This document shows positions 18,111 to 26,964 of a stretch of DNA of 64,000 nt, in pieces. Made by a program: the position numbers and the translations under genes. Source of the DNA: Thermoanaerobaculales bacterium (lineage in GTDB: Bacteria; Acidobacteriota; Thermoanaerobaculia; Thermoanaerobaculales; Sulfomarinibacteraceae). The notes below the pieces were generated by a model, which was not told the origin of the DNA, made no database searches, and saw nothing but the letters and a program-made list of their open reading frames with translations. Location of the stretch: contig JAZBOQ010000176.1 of assembly GCA_036351195.1 (NCBI GenBank), positions 514-64,513 of the forward strand, given 5' to 3'. The first letter of the stretch is position 1; every line of letters begins with the position of its first letter.

Positions 18111-19331
18111 ATGACTGAGAACAACGACAAGCAACAGCATCAGCATCAAAACCAGAATCAGAATCAACGAAAACCGAACCGCCGCCGCCGTCGGCCCCGC
18201 CGACGCGGCAACCGCAACAAGGGCCCCGTGGTCGAGGTCCAGGGGCATCTTCTCGTCCGAGAGAAGGGCTCGCCGGTTCTGGTCCAGGCGAAGAACAACT
18301 TCGTCGCCTCGAAGACCGATCCTCTGGTCCCCGTCGAACTCGTGAACAAGCTGCACCTGGAGAGCGGCCTGGCCATCGAGGGCAAGGCCCGCGGCGGCGA
18401 CCGGCCACGGCTTTTCGAGATCAGCACCATCGAGGAGATGCCGCCGGAAGAATATCGGGAGAAAGCCCTCCCCTTCACCGAGCTGATCAGCATCGACCCC
18501 CTGGAACGCTTCAACCTCGAGACCGACCCCGATCTGGTCGAACCGCGAGTTTCCGAGCTCATCGCGCCGCTCGGCAAAGGTCAGCGTTGTCTCATCGTGT
18601 CTCCTCCGAAGGCCGGAAAGACGACCCTCCTGCAGCAGATGGCCCACGCCATCGCCGTCAATCACCCGAACACCGTCATCTTCGTGTTGCTGGTGGACGA
18701 GCGGCCTGAAGAGGTCACGGACTGGAAACGGAGCATCGCCCGCGGCGAGGTCTTCGCCTCGTCGTCCGACCAGAGCCTGGAGTCCCACATCCAGATTTCG
18801 GAGATGGTCTTCGAACGCGCCCGCCGGCTGGTTGAGCTCGGTGAGGACGTCGTCGTCTTCATGGACTCGCTCACCCGCATGTCCCGCGCCTACAACAGCT
18901 CTCAAAAGGGATCCGGCAGGATCCTATCCGGCGGCATCGACGCGCGCACCATGGAGAAACCCCGTCGTTTCTTCGGTTCGGCCCGCAACGTCGAGGACGG
19001 CGGCAGCCTCACCGTTGTCGCCACCTGCCTGATCGACACCGGGTCGCGGATGGACGAGGTCATTTTCCAGGAGTTCAAGGGCACCGGCAACATGGAGATC
19101 GTGCTCGACCGCCGGCTCTTCGAGAAGCGGATCTTCCCGACCATCAACATTCCGCAATCGGGAACCCGAAAAGAAGAGAAGCTCTACTCCAAGGAGCAGG
19201 TCGAGAAGCTCTATCTCATGCGGCGGGCGCTCTCCACGCTTTCGCCGGAGGCGGCCATGGAGCTGCTGCTGCAGAAGGTTCGCGAGTTCTCGTCCAACCA
19301 GCTCTTCCTGGAATCGCTGCAGCTGAAGTAG
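18111..19331 (+). CDS. rho: transcription termination factor Rho
   Basis: Walker [39 protein letters not shown] and the C-terminal RKEEKLY are canonical Rho. ATG follows GGGAAGG. The N-terminus is Q/N/R-rich low complexity. Confidence 0.9.
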   Translation: MTENNDKQQHQHQNQNQNQRKPNRRRRRPRRRGNRNKGPVVEVQGHLLVREKGSPVLVQAKNNFVASKTDPLVPVELVNKLHLESGLAIEGKARGGDRPRLFEISTIEEMPPEEYREKALPFTELISIDPLERFNLETDPDLVEPRVSELIAPLGKGQRCLIVSPPKAGKTTLLQQMAHAIAVNHPNTVIFVLLVDERPEEVTDWKRSIARGEVFASSSDQSLESHIQISEMVFERARRLVELGEDVVVFMDSLTRMSRAYNSSQKGSGRILSGGIDARTMEKPRRFFGSARNVEDGGSLTVVATCLIDTGSRMDEVIFQEFKGTGNMEIVLDRRLFEKRIFPTINIPQSGTRKEEKLYSKEQVEKLYLMRRALSTLSPEAAMELLLQKVREFSSNQLFLESLQLK

Positions 19332-19373
19332 CCTGACGAGCGATTCAGTCTCGATGAGAATGCGCTGACCCCA

Positions 19374-20528
19374 ATGAAGCACCTCGACGACCTCCGCCTC
19401 CTCGATCCCGCCCTCGAACCGATCGCCGAAAAAGTCGTGGCCGGGGAGCGCCTCGACCGCGAGGACGGTGTTCGGGTGGCCACCACCGATGACCTCCTCG
19501 GTGTCGGCCGCCTCGCCAACATCGTCCGAGAACGCCTCCATGGCGACCGCACCTACTACAACATCAACCGCCACCTCAACCCGACCAACGTCTGCGTCGC
19601 CTCCTGCAAGCTCTGCGCCTTCTACGTGCCGTGGCGCGACCGCGACCGCGGCTGGACCTATACGGTGGAGCAGGCGGTGGAGGTTGCGGCCCGCGATGTG
19701 GACGAATCGGTGTCCGAGCTGCACATCGTCGGTGGGCTCCACCCCGAACTCCGGGTGGAGTACTACGAGCAGCTCTTCGCGGCCCTCAAAGAACGTTTCC
19801 CGTGGATCCACCTCAAGGCGTTGACCATGACCGAGTTCGACTTCATCTCCACCGCCTCGCGGATCAGCGTGGACGAGACGATCTCGAGATTGAAAACCGC
19901 CGGCCTCGACTCATGTCCGGGTGGCGGGGCGGAGATCTTCGCCGAGCGGGCCCGGCGCCAGATCTGCGACCACAAGACCGACGGCGCCCGCTGGCTCGCC
20001 ATTTCCAGACAGGTTCACCGCGCCGGCCTGAAATCCAACTGCACGATGCTCTACGGTCATGTCGAAACCGCCGAGGAGCGCGTCGACCATCTCCTCGACC
20101 TCCGCGCGCTGCAGGACGAGACCGGCGGATTCCAGTGCATGATCCCCCTCGCCTTCCACCCCGAGAACACCGCCCTCGACCACCTCCCACCAACCGGCGG
20201 CCGGCTCGACATCCAGACCATCGCCACCACCCGTCTGGTCCTCGACAACGTGCCCCATCTCAAGGCCTACTGGATCATGCTCGGCGAGAAGGTGGCCCAG
20301 ATCGCCCTGTCCTTCGGCGCCAACGATCTCGATGGAACGGTGGTCGATGAGAGGATCACCTACGCAGCTGGAGGGACCGCGGGAACCGGCCTTTCACGGC
20401 AGCGGCTGGAGAATCTGATCCGGGAGGCGGGCCGCACCCCCGTCCTTCGCGACACCCTCTACCGGCCGCTGGACGGGTCCGGATCCGGCCTTTCTTCGCG
20501 GGAGTCGGATGGCGTAGCCGCCTCCTGA
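19374..20528 (+). CDS. futalosine-pathway radical SAM enzyme (MqnE/MqnC family; cannot separate by eye)
   Basis: NINRHLNPTNVCVASCKLCAF (CX3CX2C), LHIVGGLHP, LRALQDETGGFQ.MIPLAFHPENT, DNVPHLKAYWIM and ANDLDGTVV. Confidence 0.75.
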   Translation: MKHLDDLRLLDPALEPIAEKVVAGERLDREDGVRVATTDDLLGVGRLANIVRERLHGDRTYYNINRHLNPTNVCVASCKLCAFYVPWRDRDRGWTYTVEQAVEVAARDVDESVSELHIVGGLHPELRVEYYEQLFAALKERFPWIHLKALTMTEFDFISTASRISVDETISRLKTAGLDSCPGGGAEIFAERARRQICDHKTDGARWLAISRQVHRAGLKSNCTMLYGHVETAEERVDHLLDLRALQDETGGFQCMIPLAFHPENTALDHLPPTGGRLDIQTIATTRLVLDNVPHLKAYWIMLGEKVAQIALSFGANDLDGTVVDERITYAAGGTAGTGLSRQRLENLIREAGRTPVLRDTLYRPLDGSGSGLSSRESDGVAAS

Positions 20529-20998
20529 GGTTTGGCCTCATCCCGCTCGATCCCGGCGTAACCGACGAGTTCGTCGACCCGAGCCAAGAGGACCGATCGT
20601 TCTTCGAAGGCCGCCAGCTCGGGCGACAGCTTCACCGCCGACACCAACAGCAACGCCAGCACCGCCGCCGTCGCCGCTCCGGCGAGGACGGCGCCGAACA
20701 GCCGGTTGAGGCAACCGAGCTTGAGCCCCTCCAGCGCCTTCTCCATCCCCCATCCCGCGAGCATGCACAACAGTGAGACCACCGTGAACGGGATCAGGTA
20801 GGCCAGGCCGACGGCGAGCCACTCACGCGCAAGATGCTCGGCCACGACGCGCGACAGACCCGGGCCCACCACCACCGCGAGCCAGATCCCCATGATCGCC
20901 CCACCGAGACCGAAGACGATGCGCACCGCTCCCTTGAAGAACCCGCCCAAGGTGATGCCGGCCCATACCACGACCAGCACCCAATCGAGAACCGTCAT
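20459..20998 (-). CDS. cvpA: CvpA family membrane protein
   Basis: MTVLDWVLVVVWAGITLGGFFKGAVRIVFGLGG..., four hydrophobic segments and a size typical of CvpA. ATGA overlap with the upstream CBS gene. Confidence 0.8.
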   Translation of the reverse strand: MTVLDWVLVVVWAGITLGGFFKGAVRIVFGLGGAIMGIWLAVVVGPGLSRVVAEHLAREWLAVGLAYLIPFTVVSLLCMLAGWGMEKALEGLKLGCLNRLFGAVLAGAATAAVLALLLVSAVKLSPELAAFEERSVLLARVDELVGYAGIERDEAKPQEAATPSDSREERPDPDPSSGR

Positions 20999-21420
20999 AC
21001 CATCAAGCGAACCGTCAGCCGCAGGAAATCCGCCTCGGTGACGATCCCGAGCAGATTGCCGACCTCGTCTACCACGGGGAGGCAGCCGTACTTGTTGTCG
21101 AGAAGGATGCGCGCCGCATCGGCCACCCGAGTCTCCGGGCTCACGGTGACCACGTCGCGGTGCATCGCCTCCTCCACCGGCACGCGGACAAAGATCCGCC
21201 GCTGCTCGGCCGGTTCCACCTCAGCGAAAATGGAGAACGAGGCCGCCAAGAGATCGCGATGGGTCACCAGGCCGACGAGCTTGCCGTCGTGGACGACCGG
21301 CAGATGTCGAATCCGGCCACGGTCCATGCAGCTCTTGGCATGGGCCAGTGTCTCGTCCTCGATCATGGTGACCACGTCCGTCGACATGATGTCGGCCACC
21401 GTCATTCCGCCGTCGGGCAT
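20995..21420 (-). CDS. CBS domain pair protein
   Basis: Two CBS units (VADIMSTDVVTM...IRHLPVV..GKLVGLVTHRDLL and VEEAMHRDVVTV...CLPVVDE.GNLLGIVTEADF). Start placed at the ATG after GGAGG rather than at 21540. Confidence 0.8.
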   Translation of the reverse strand: MPDGGMTVADIMSTDVVTMIEDETLAHAKSCMDRGRIRHLPVVHDGKLVGLVTHRDLLAASFSIFAEVEPAEQRRIFVRVPVEEAMHRDVVTVSPETRVADAARILLDNKYGCLPVVDEVGNLLGIVTEADFLRLTVRLMV

Positions 21421-21546
21421 GGGGACCTCCAAACCAAGTGTATCGCAGAGGCGGATGGCTCCAACTTGTGCCTGTTCCCCTTTCCGTTTCCGTTCCCGAC
21501 GGGTCACCACCGCCGACGAGGGTCGGATACCATCGGGCACGGGCAG

Positions 21547-21573
21547 GGGTACGGGTACGGGTACGGGTACGGG
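21547..21573. repeat. tandem hexanucleotide repeat (GGGTAC) x4.5 in the fabG-CBS spacer
   Basis: Read directly: ggGGTACGGGTACGGGTACGGGTACGGGcc, lying 11 nt from the fabG stop codon. An ACGGAA x2 repeat lies about 60 nt further on. Confidence 0.9.
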
Positions 21574-21583
21574 CCGCTCCCGG

Positions 21584-22321
21584 TCACATATACAAGCCGC
21601 CCGACACGTTGATCACCGTGCCGGTGATGTACGACGCACCGGGGCCGGCGAGGAAGGCGACGGCATCGGCGACATCGCGTGGAGTCCCGAGCCGTTGGAT
21701 GGCGACACTCTTCATCAGCGCCTCACGCTGCTGGTCGGACAGGACGTCGGTCATGGGTGTCACGATGTAACCCGGCGCCACGGCATTGACGGTGACGTTG
21801 CGGGGGCCGAGCTCGCGCGCAAGCGACTTGGTGAATCCGATCAGCCCCGCCTTGGAGGCCGCGTAGTTGGTCTGACCGCCGTTGCCCATGAGTCCGACCA
21901 CCGATGCGATGTTGACGATCCGACCAGATTTCTGCCGCATCATCAGTTTGGCCACCGGCTGGGTCATTTTGAAGGCCCCGTCGAGGTTGATCCGCATCAC
22001 CAGATCCCAGGCTTCGGGCTTCATTCGAACCAGCAGCTGATCGCGGGTGACGCCGGCGTTGTTGACCAGGATGTCGAGACGGCCGTGATCTGCCTGAATC
22101 GCCGCGACCGCCGCCGCCGCATTGTCGGCATCGGTAACATCGACCGATCGCCCCTCAGCCGAACCGCCAAACGCGATGATCTCATCGACGATCTCGGTTG
22201 TTTCGAGGACGTCGGCACAGATGACGTGGGCCCCGGCCGATGACAGCCTGCGAGCAATCTCGGCGCCGATCCCCCGCGCCCCACCCGTGATCACCGCAAC
22301 CTGCCCGTCGAAATCTCTCAC
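21584..22321 (-). CDS. fabG: 3-oxoacyl-[acyl-carrier-protein] reductase
   Basis: VITGGARGIG, NNAGVTRD, NYAASKAG..GFTKSLA.E and the C-terminal YITG...VSGGLYM. GTG start 6 nt after GAGGAGG. Confidence 0.9.
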   Translation of the reverse strand: MRDFDGQVAVITGGARGIGAEIARRLSSAGAHVICADVLETTEIVDEIIAFGGSAEGRSVDVTDADNAAAAVAAIQADHGRLDILVNNAGVTRDQLLVRMKPEAWDLVMRINLDGAFKMTQPVAKLMMRQKSGRIVNIASVVGLMGNGGQTNYAASKAGLIGFTKSLARELGPRNVTVNAVAPGYIVTPMTDVLSDQQREALMKSVAIQRLGTPRDVADAVAFLAGPGASYITGTVINVSGGLYM

Positions 22322-22376
22322 TGATGCCTCCTCGTACTTGAAGCTGGACAGTTGTATCACAGAGGCTTGTCGCCGA

Positions 22377-22406
22377 GCCGTCAGCCGTCAGCCGTCAGCC
22401 GTCAGC
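22377..22406. repeat. tandem heptanucleotide repeat (GCCGTCA) x4 in the fabD-fabG spacer
   Basis: Read directly: GCCGTCA GCCGTCA GCCGTCA GCCGTCA GC, abutting a GTCAGCTGAC palindrome. It sits within the 104-nt spacer between the fabD stop and the fabG start. Confidence 0.9.
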
Positions 22407-22425
22407 TGACCGCTGAGAGCTATCT

Positions 22426-23367
22426 TCAGGTCACCAAATCGGCAATCGCGGTCTCGATGCCCTCCACGGTGCCGGCCGGGTAGCAGGCGGCGGATCGGTC
22501 GATGCGCTTGACGAGACCCGAGAGCACGTTGCCGGTTCCCACCTCGACGAAGGTGTCGAAGCCGTCGGCCACCATTCGTTGGATGGTCTGCGTCCAGAGC
22601 ACCGGGGCGTCAACCTGGCGAATGAGACCGTCGCGCACCTCCGCCGCCGATCGCACCGGTTCGGCATCGACGTTGCGATAGACCGGAACTGCGAGATCGT
22701 TGAAGGCGAGCTCGCGCAACACCGGCTCGAGACCCTCGCGCGCCGGAGCCATCAAGGGAGAGTGGAACGGGGCCGACACCGGCAGCGGCAGGGCGCGCCG
22801 TGCGCCGGCCTCTTTGCAGGCTGCGACCGCCCTCGCCACCGCGCCCGAGGTCCCGGCGATGACCACCTGACCCGGAGAGTTGAAGTTCGCCGCAACCACC
22901 GGCTCGCCGTCAACCTCCGTGATCTCCCGACACAAAGCCGTCACCGCCTCGTCGTCGAGACCGAGCACCGCGGCCATTGCCCCTTCACCCACCGGAACCG
23001 CCGCCTGCATGAGCCGGCCGCGTTCGCGTACCGTCCTGGCGGCGTCCACGCCGCCGAGGCCACCCGCAGCGACAATCGCGGAGTACTCTCCGAGACTGTG
23101 GCCGGCCACCGCCTCCACCTCGAGCCCGGCCCGGGACAACACCTCCCAGGCCGCCACCGAGTGCGTCAGCAGGGCCGGTTGCGTGTTGGTGGTGAGCTTG
23201 AGATCGTCGGCCGGTCCGTTCCAGCACAGACCTGAGAGATCCATGCCGAGCCCGTCGTCGACGGCGGCGAAGACATCGGCCGCAGCCGGCCACCGCCCGG
23301 CGAGATCTTCGCCCATTCCCACTTTCTGACTGCCCTGACCGGGAAAGATCGCCGCAACTCGTGACAT
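22426..23367 (-). CDS. fabD: malonyl CoA-acyl carrier protein transacylase
   Basis: FPGQGSQ.VGMG, the active-site GHSLGEYSA and the later SAPFHS motif. Confidence 0.9.
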   Translation of the reverse strand: MSRVAAIFPGQGSQKVGMGEDLAGRWPAAADVFAAVDDGLGMDLSGLCWNGPADDLKLTTNTQPALLTHSVAAWEVLSRAGLEVEAVAGHSLGEYSAIVAAGGLGGVDAARTVRERGRLMQAAVPVGEGAMAAVLGLDDEAVTALCREITEVDGEPVVAANFNSPGQVVIAGTSGAVARAVAACKEAGARRALPLPVSAPFHSPLMAPAREGLEPVLRELAFNDLAVPVYRNVDAEPVRSAAEVRDGLIRQVDAPVLWTQTIQRMVADGFDTFVEVGTGNVLSGLVKRIDRSAACYPAGTVEGIETAIADLVT

Positions 23368-23445
23368 GTGGACTCCCTCTTCGGTTTCTCGTCGGATGTC
23401 GAGTCTTCGAAGGCGTCGCTTCTAAACCTCACCGTTTGCGGGACC

Positions 23446-24474
23446 CTACCCGCCGGGGGTCTCGTCCTTCTCGCCGAAGACCTCGACGATCTTCTCACCG
23501 ATCGTCTCGATCACTCCACTCCTGGCATAGGAGTCGGCGAAGCGAATCGCGTTGCGGATGGCCTTGGCCGAGGACCGGCCGTGGCCCACCAGACACGCAC
23601 CGTCGATCCCGAGCAACGGGGCGCCCCCGTGCTCGGAGTAGTCGACCTTCCGCTTGACGTTTCGGAAAGCGCCCTTGGCGAGAACCAGGCCAGCGCCGTA
23701 CAGGGGCGATTGGCGGGCCTCGTCCTTGAGCATCTCCACCACCATCTCACCAAGGCCTTCAGCGACCTTCAGGATGACGTTGCCGGTGAAACCGTCACAG
23801 ACCACCACGTCGACGTCTCCGGTAAAAATGTCGCGGCCTTCGACGTTCCCGACGAAGTTGACGCCCGCGCCGTCGAGCACCCGGTAGTGCCGACGATTGC
23901 GTGGCCCGCCCTTGGTCTCTTCCTCACCCACCGACATGAGGCCGACCCGGGGATTCTCCACCCCGAGGACTGCCGAGGCATAGTATGAACCCATCACCGC
24001 AAACTGGACGAGCTGGTGGGGCTTGACCTCGACATTGGCGCCGACATCCAGCACCAGGGTGTGGCCGCTGGTCTTGGGTAGAATGGCCGCCAACGCAGGC
24101 CGGTCCACACCCTGGATCATGCCCAGGGTCGACTTGGCCGCGACCCAGGCCGCACCCGTGTTGCCGGCGGTCACCAGGGCCGACGCCTCCCCGCTTCGGA
24201 CGAGCTCGGCGCACACCGACAACGATGAGTTCGGTTTGCTTCGAAGGACCGACAACGGCGGGTCGTGCATGCGGACGACGTCGGTGGCATCGACAAGGTC
24301 GAGACCTTTCGGCACCGAACGGAACCTCCCCAGCTCGCGGCGCAACCGCTTGACGGGACCGACCAGTTTCACCGTGAGACCGAAGTCGGCAACGGCGTCC
24401 AGCGCCCCCTGGATGCGAATCTGGGGGGAGCCGTCACCGCCCATGGCATCGAGCGCAATGGCTCGATCAACCAT
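23446..24474 (-). CDS. plsX: phosphate acyltransferase PlsX
   Basis: IALDAMGGD..P, GNTGA, the VGEE..KG region and GHGRS. Its position between rpmF and fabD is classical. Confidence 0.9.
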   Translation of the reverse strand: MVDRAIALDAMGGDGSPQIRIQGALDAVADFGLTVKLVGPVKRLRRELGRFRSVPKGLDLVDATDVVRMHDPPLSVLRSKPNSSLSVCAELVRSGEASALVTAGNTGAAWVAAKSTLGMIQGVDRPALAAILPKTSGHTLVLDVGANVEVKPHQLVQFAVMGSYYASAVLGVENPRVGLMSVGEEETKGGPRNRRHYRVLDGAGVNFVGNVEGRDIFTGDVDVVVCDGFTGNVILKVAEGLGEMVVEMLKDEARQSPLYGAGLVLAKGAFRNVKRKVDYSEHGGAPLLGIDGACLVGHGRSSAKAIRNAIRFADSYARSGVIETIGEKIVEVFGEKDETPGG

Positions 24475-24497
24475 CTGTCTATTCCCGCGTGAGAAGA

Positions 24498-24683
24498 CTA
24501 GTCGAGGTCTTCGACTTCAATGACTTCGCGGCCCTTGTAGCTCCCGCAGTGCGGGCAGACCTGATGCGGTGGCTTCGGCTCGAAGCACGACGTGCAGAGG
24601 CTCCAGCCGGGCGGTACCAGGCTGTGGTGGGAGCGTCGTTTGTCGCGACGCGTTCTCGAAATACGACGCTTTGGATTCGCCAT
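24498..24683 (-). CDS. rpmF: 50S ribosomal protein L32
   Basis: MANPKRRISRTRRDKRRSHH... with a C..C...C..C zinc ribbon, 61 aa. Confidence 0.95.
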   Translation of the reverse strand: MANPKRRISRTRRDKRRSHHSLVPPGWSLCTSCFEPKPPHQVCPHCGSYKGREVIEVEDLD

Positions 24684-24719
24684 CAGAGTTCTCCGTTTCG
24701 TTTCACTATGTCGTCGGGC

Positions 24720-25250
24720 TCAATCCGCCGAGGATTCCCCGCTCACGTCTTTCAGGGCCGCCCATCGTGGGTCGACCTCCGGTTCACAGCGGCAGGAACC
24801 TTCGATGTTGCGGTTGGCGCCACAGCTCGGGCACAGCCCGGCGCAGTCTTCGGAACACACGATGCGGATGGGCAGCTCGAGCTCGATCTGCTCCACCGCA
24901 AGCCCTTCGAGATCGAGGTGCTGTCCCTCCACATACACCACATCGAGATCGGCCTCATCGAGAGCGATCTCAGGATCCAGGGGCGCCGCCTCCGCCGTGG
25001 CGACCTCGAGATCGAAGGAGGAGTCCATCCGCCACTCGACGGGCTCGAGGCATCGCCCGCAGGCGAGGAGGCCCTCCGCGTGAGTTCGACCCACCACCAG
25101 GAATCGGTCGTCCACCGGACGCACCGTCCCCTCCAAACGCACCGTCATGGGCCCGGTGACGCGGGAGGGATCGAGCCGCTCTTCGTCGAGGCTCAGAGAC
25201 TCGGCGAAGCTCTCCGGCTCATCCTGAATTCTGGAAAGGTCGATCTTCAC
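24720..25250 (-). CDS. yceD: YceD/DUF177 family protein (large-subunit rRNA accumulation protein)
   Basis: C-terminal CSEDCAGLCPSCGANRN...C.C motif and the conserved position upstream of rpmF. GTG start after GGAGAGG is preferred. Confidence 0.8.
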   Translation of the reverse strand: MKIDLSRIQDEPESFAESLSLDEERLDPSRVTGPMTVRLEGTVRPVDDRFLVVGRTHAEGLLACGRCLEPVEWRMDSSFDLEVATAEAAPLDPEIALDEADLDVVYVEGQHLDLEGLAVEQIELELPIRIVCSEDCAGLCPSCGANRNIEGSCRCEPEVDPRWAALKDVSGESSAD

Positions 25251-25337
25251 ACACACCTCTCCCCACAGGGGCGAGGAGTATAGCACCCAGACCGATGACT
25301 GACCAGCACCTCGGGTTCGAAGGTGTCGAAAACCCGC

Positions 25338-26303
25338 TCACACCAGCCCTGACGCGGTCTCGCTTTCCGAAATGCTGCTTGCCAGGGCGATGATCCCGGT
25401 TCCCAACGCCGCGATGGAACAGACGCTCCACAGCACGCCTCCCACGAAGGGAACGAACCGGACGAGCAGGAGCAACGCCACTCCGGCGAAGACCTCCACG
25501 GTGAGCGGCATCGGTCGCTCATACAAGCGGCGCAGGGCCAGGGAGCCGAGGCAGCCTCCGATGACCGTCAAGCCAACGGCCCGCAGTCCGAAGAACACAA
25601 CGGTCACAGCGGCCGCCAGCGGTATGCCGAGATTCGGCCCGAGAGCCAGCACCGCGACGATCGCGGCAAAGAACGTCACTCCGGCGGCGACGCCCAAGAC
25701 CAGCACTCTCGCACCGAGCCGCGGCAGGACCCAGACCCCGAAACGCAACCTCGTCGAAAAACCGAAAGCGAGCACCGTCGTGATCAACAGCCACACGCCG
25801 GAGGTCAACAGCCGGACCGCAAGGCTGACCTGGAGCGGCGCCTCCTGGCCGGGAATCAACGCCACGCTCGACAGCGAGGAGAACGCCAGGGTCCGGCCTT
25901 CCACGACGGCTCCCGGTGATGCGTGGACATCCCCGAAGACAGCAAGCACATGCCGGCCGACATGGGCCCGCTCGTCGATCCGGAGGCTGCCGCCCACCAC
26001 CACCACATCGCCGGACACGTCGGCTCGAGGGCCGAGGTGGACATCCGCCTCGAAGGCGACCACGTCACCGTGCACGACCTCGTTGACGACAATGTCGTTA
26101 AAGACCGTGGTTCGCGGAACCGCCGCCGTGGTCACCGTCGCAGGCACGCAAAGCGCCGCAACGAGCACTGCCACGACGAACCCGAGTCTCTCGCCGGGCT
26201 TCGGAAGAAATCGGTCTGGCCCGAAGTATTCATGAGGTTTCGTCACGAGGCCGACGAAGCGCCGATGCCAGTCGAGATTTCTCATCTTTGGGCGTGAAGA
26301 CAT
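25338..26303 (-). CDS. membrane protein: N-terminal anchor, bactofilin-like (polymer-forming beta-helix) segment, C-terminal multi-TM domain
   Basis: Repetitive V.GDVV...ADV.LG..A.V.GDVVVVGGSL.I.....VG..V....GDV pattern, followed by about 6 hydrophobic helices. Third gene of the ECF operon. The track ORF N-terminus overlaps the anti-sigma gene and was trimmed to MSSRPKMRNLD. Confidence 0.6.
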   Translation of the reverse strand: MSSRPKMRNLDWHRRFVGLVTKPHEYFGPDRFLPKPGERLGFVVAVLVAALCVPATVTTAAVPRTTVFNDIVVNEVVHGDVVAFEADVHLGPRADVSGDVVVVGGSLRIDERAHVGRHVLAVFGDVHASPGAVVEGRTLAFSSLSSVALIPGQEAPLQVSLAVRLLTSGVWLLITTVLAFGFSTRLRFGVWVLPRLGARVLVLGVAAGVTFFAAIVAVLALGPNLGIPLAAAVTVVFFGLRAVGLTVIGGCLGSLALRRLYERPMPLTVEVFAGVALLLLVRFVPFVGGVLWSVCSIAALGTGIIALASSISESETASGLV

Positions 26304-26395
26304 ACGTGACGGTATGTTGAGCACCCAACGATGAGAAAACTCGACTGGCGCGGATGCATCGTGGGCCGCAGTAGATCGCTCATGAATACTTCGGG

Positions 26396-26935
26396 CTAGG
26401 AACCGTCGCGCCATGGCGAGACCCGCCGCCATCGCCGCGCCGCAACGGCAACCGTCGCCACACCGAGCACGCTGATCACCACCGCGCCGGCGACGACACC
26501 GGGGCCGAGGAGGACGCCCGCAGCCCCGGCTGCGGTGCTGAGTGCGGCCGACCAATCACTCACCGTCGCCGCCAAAGAAACCCATCCCTGGGACGACCAC
26601 ACCGGCAGCAGGGCGAGGAGGCTGCCACCCGGCAGACCGCCCAGCATGACCATGCCCAGCAGAGCGACCAGCAGCGACGCCGCGACCGGGAGCAGCGCCA
26701 GGGCACGACGCCGGCGGCGGGCGGACCGCATCGCCGAGACTACGCCCTCCTCGATGGCCAGGTCGGTCGGCGGCAGCACCTTGGCGAAGATCAAACCGAG
26801 CGCGAGCTCGGCAGCCGCCACCTCACTGCATCGAGGACACTGCGCCACATGCCGGCGCTCGGACTCGGAAAGCCGATCCGACTCGCCTCCGACTTCGACG
26901 AGTGCCTCTTGTACTGCCTCACAGCTCGGTGCCAC
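26396..26935 (-). CDS. anti-sigma factor, zf-HC2 type, membrane-spanning
   Basis: The N-terminal C....H..C..C arrangement (SCEAV...HVAQCPRCSE) followed by TM segments, located immediately downstream of the ECF sigma gene. Confidence 0.65.
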   Translation of the reverse strand: MAPSCEAVQEALVEVGGESDRLSESERRHVAQCPRCSEVAAAELALGLIFAKVLPPTDLAIEEGVVSAMRSARRRRRALALLPVAASLLVALLGMVMLGGLPGGSLLALLPVWSSQGWVSLAATVSDWSAALSTAAGAAGVLLGPGVVAGAVVISVLGVATVAVAARRWRRVSPWRDGS

Positions 26936-26964
26936 CGCGGCCTCCTCTCACGGCACCGCCAACC

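Noticed and set aside
20459-20528. 70-nt overlap of the convergent 3' ends of the Mqn-family gene and cvpA
   Set aside because: Both tails are low-complexity extensions beyond the conserved cores. The overlap is probably a consequence of late stop codons in a high-GC genome rather than a functional antisense arrangement.
20834-22243. 469-aa plus-strand ORF spanning cvpA, the CBS gene and fabG
   Set aside because: It crosses three well-supported minus-strand genes and two spacers, which makes it an antisense artefact. The GTGTGTGTG peptide within it is simply the hexamer repeat read in frame.
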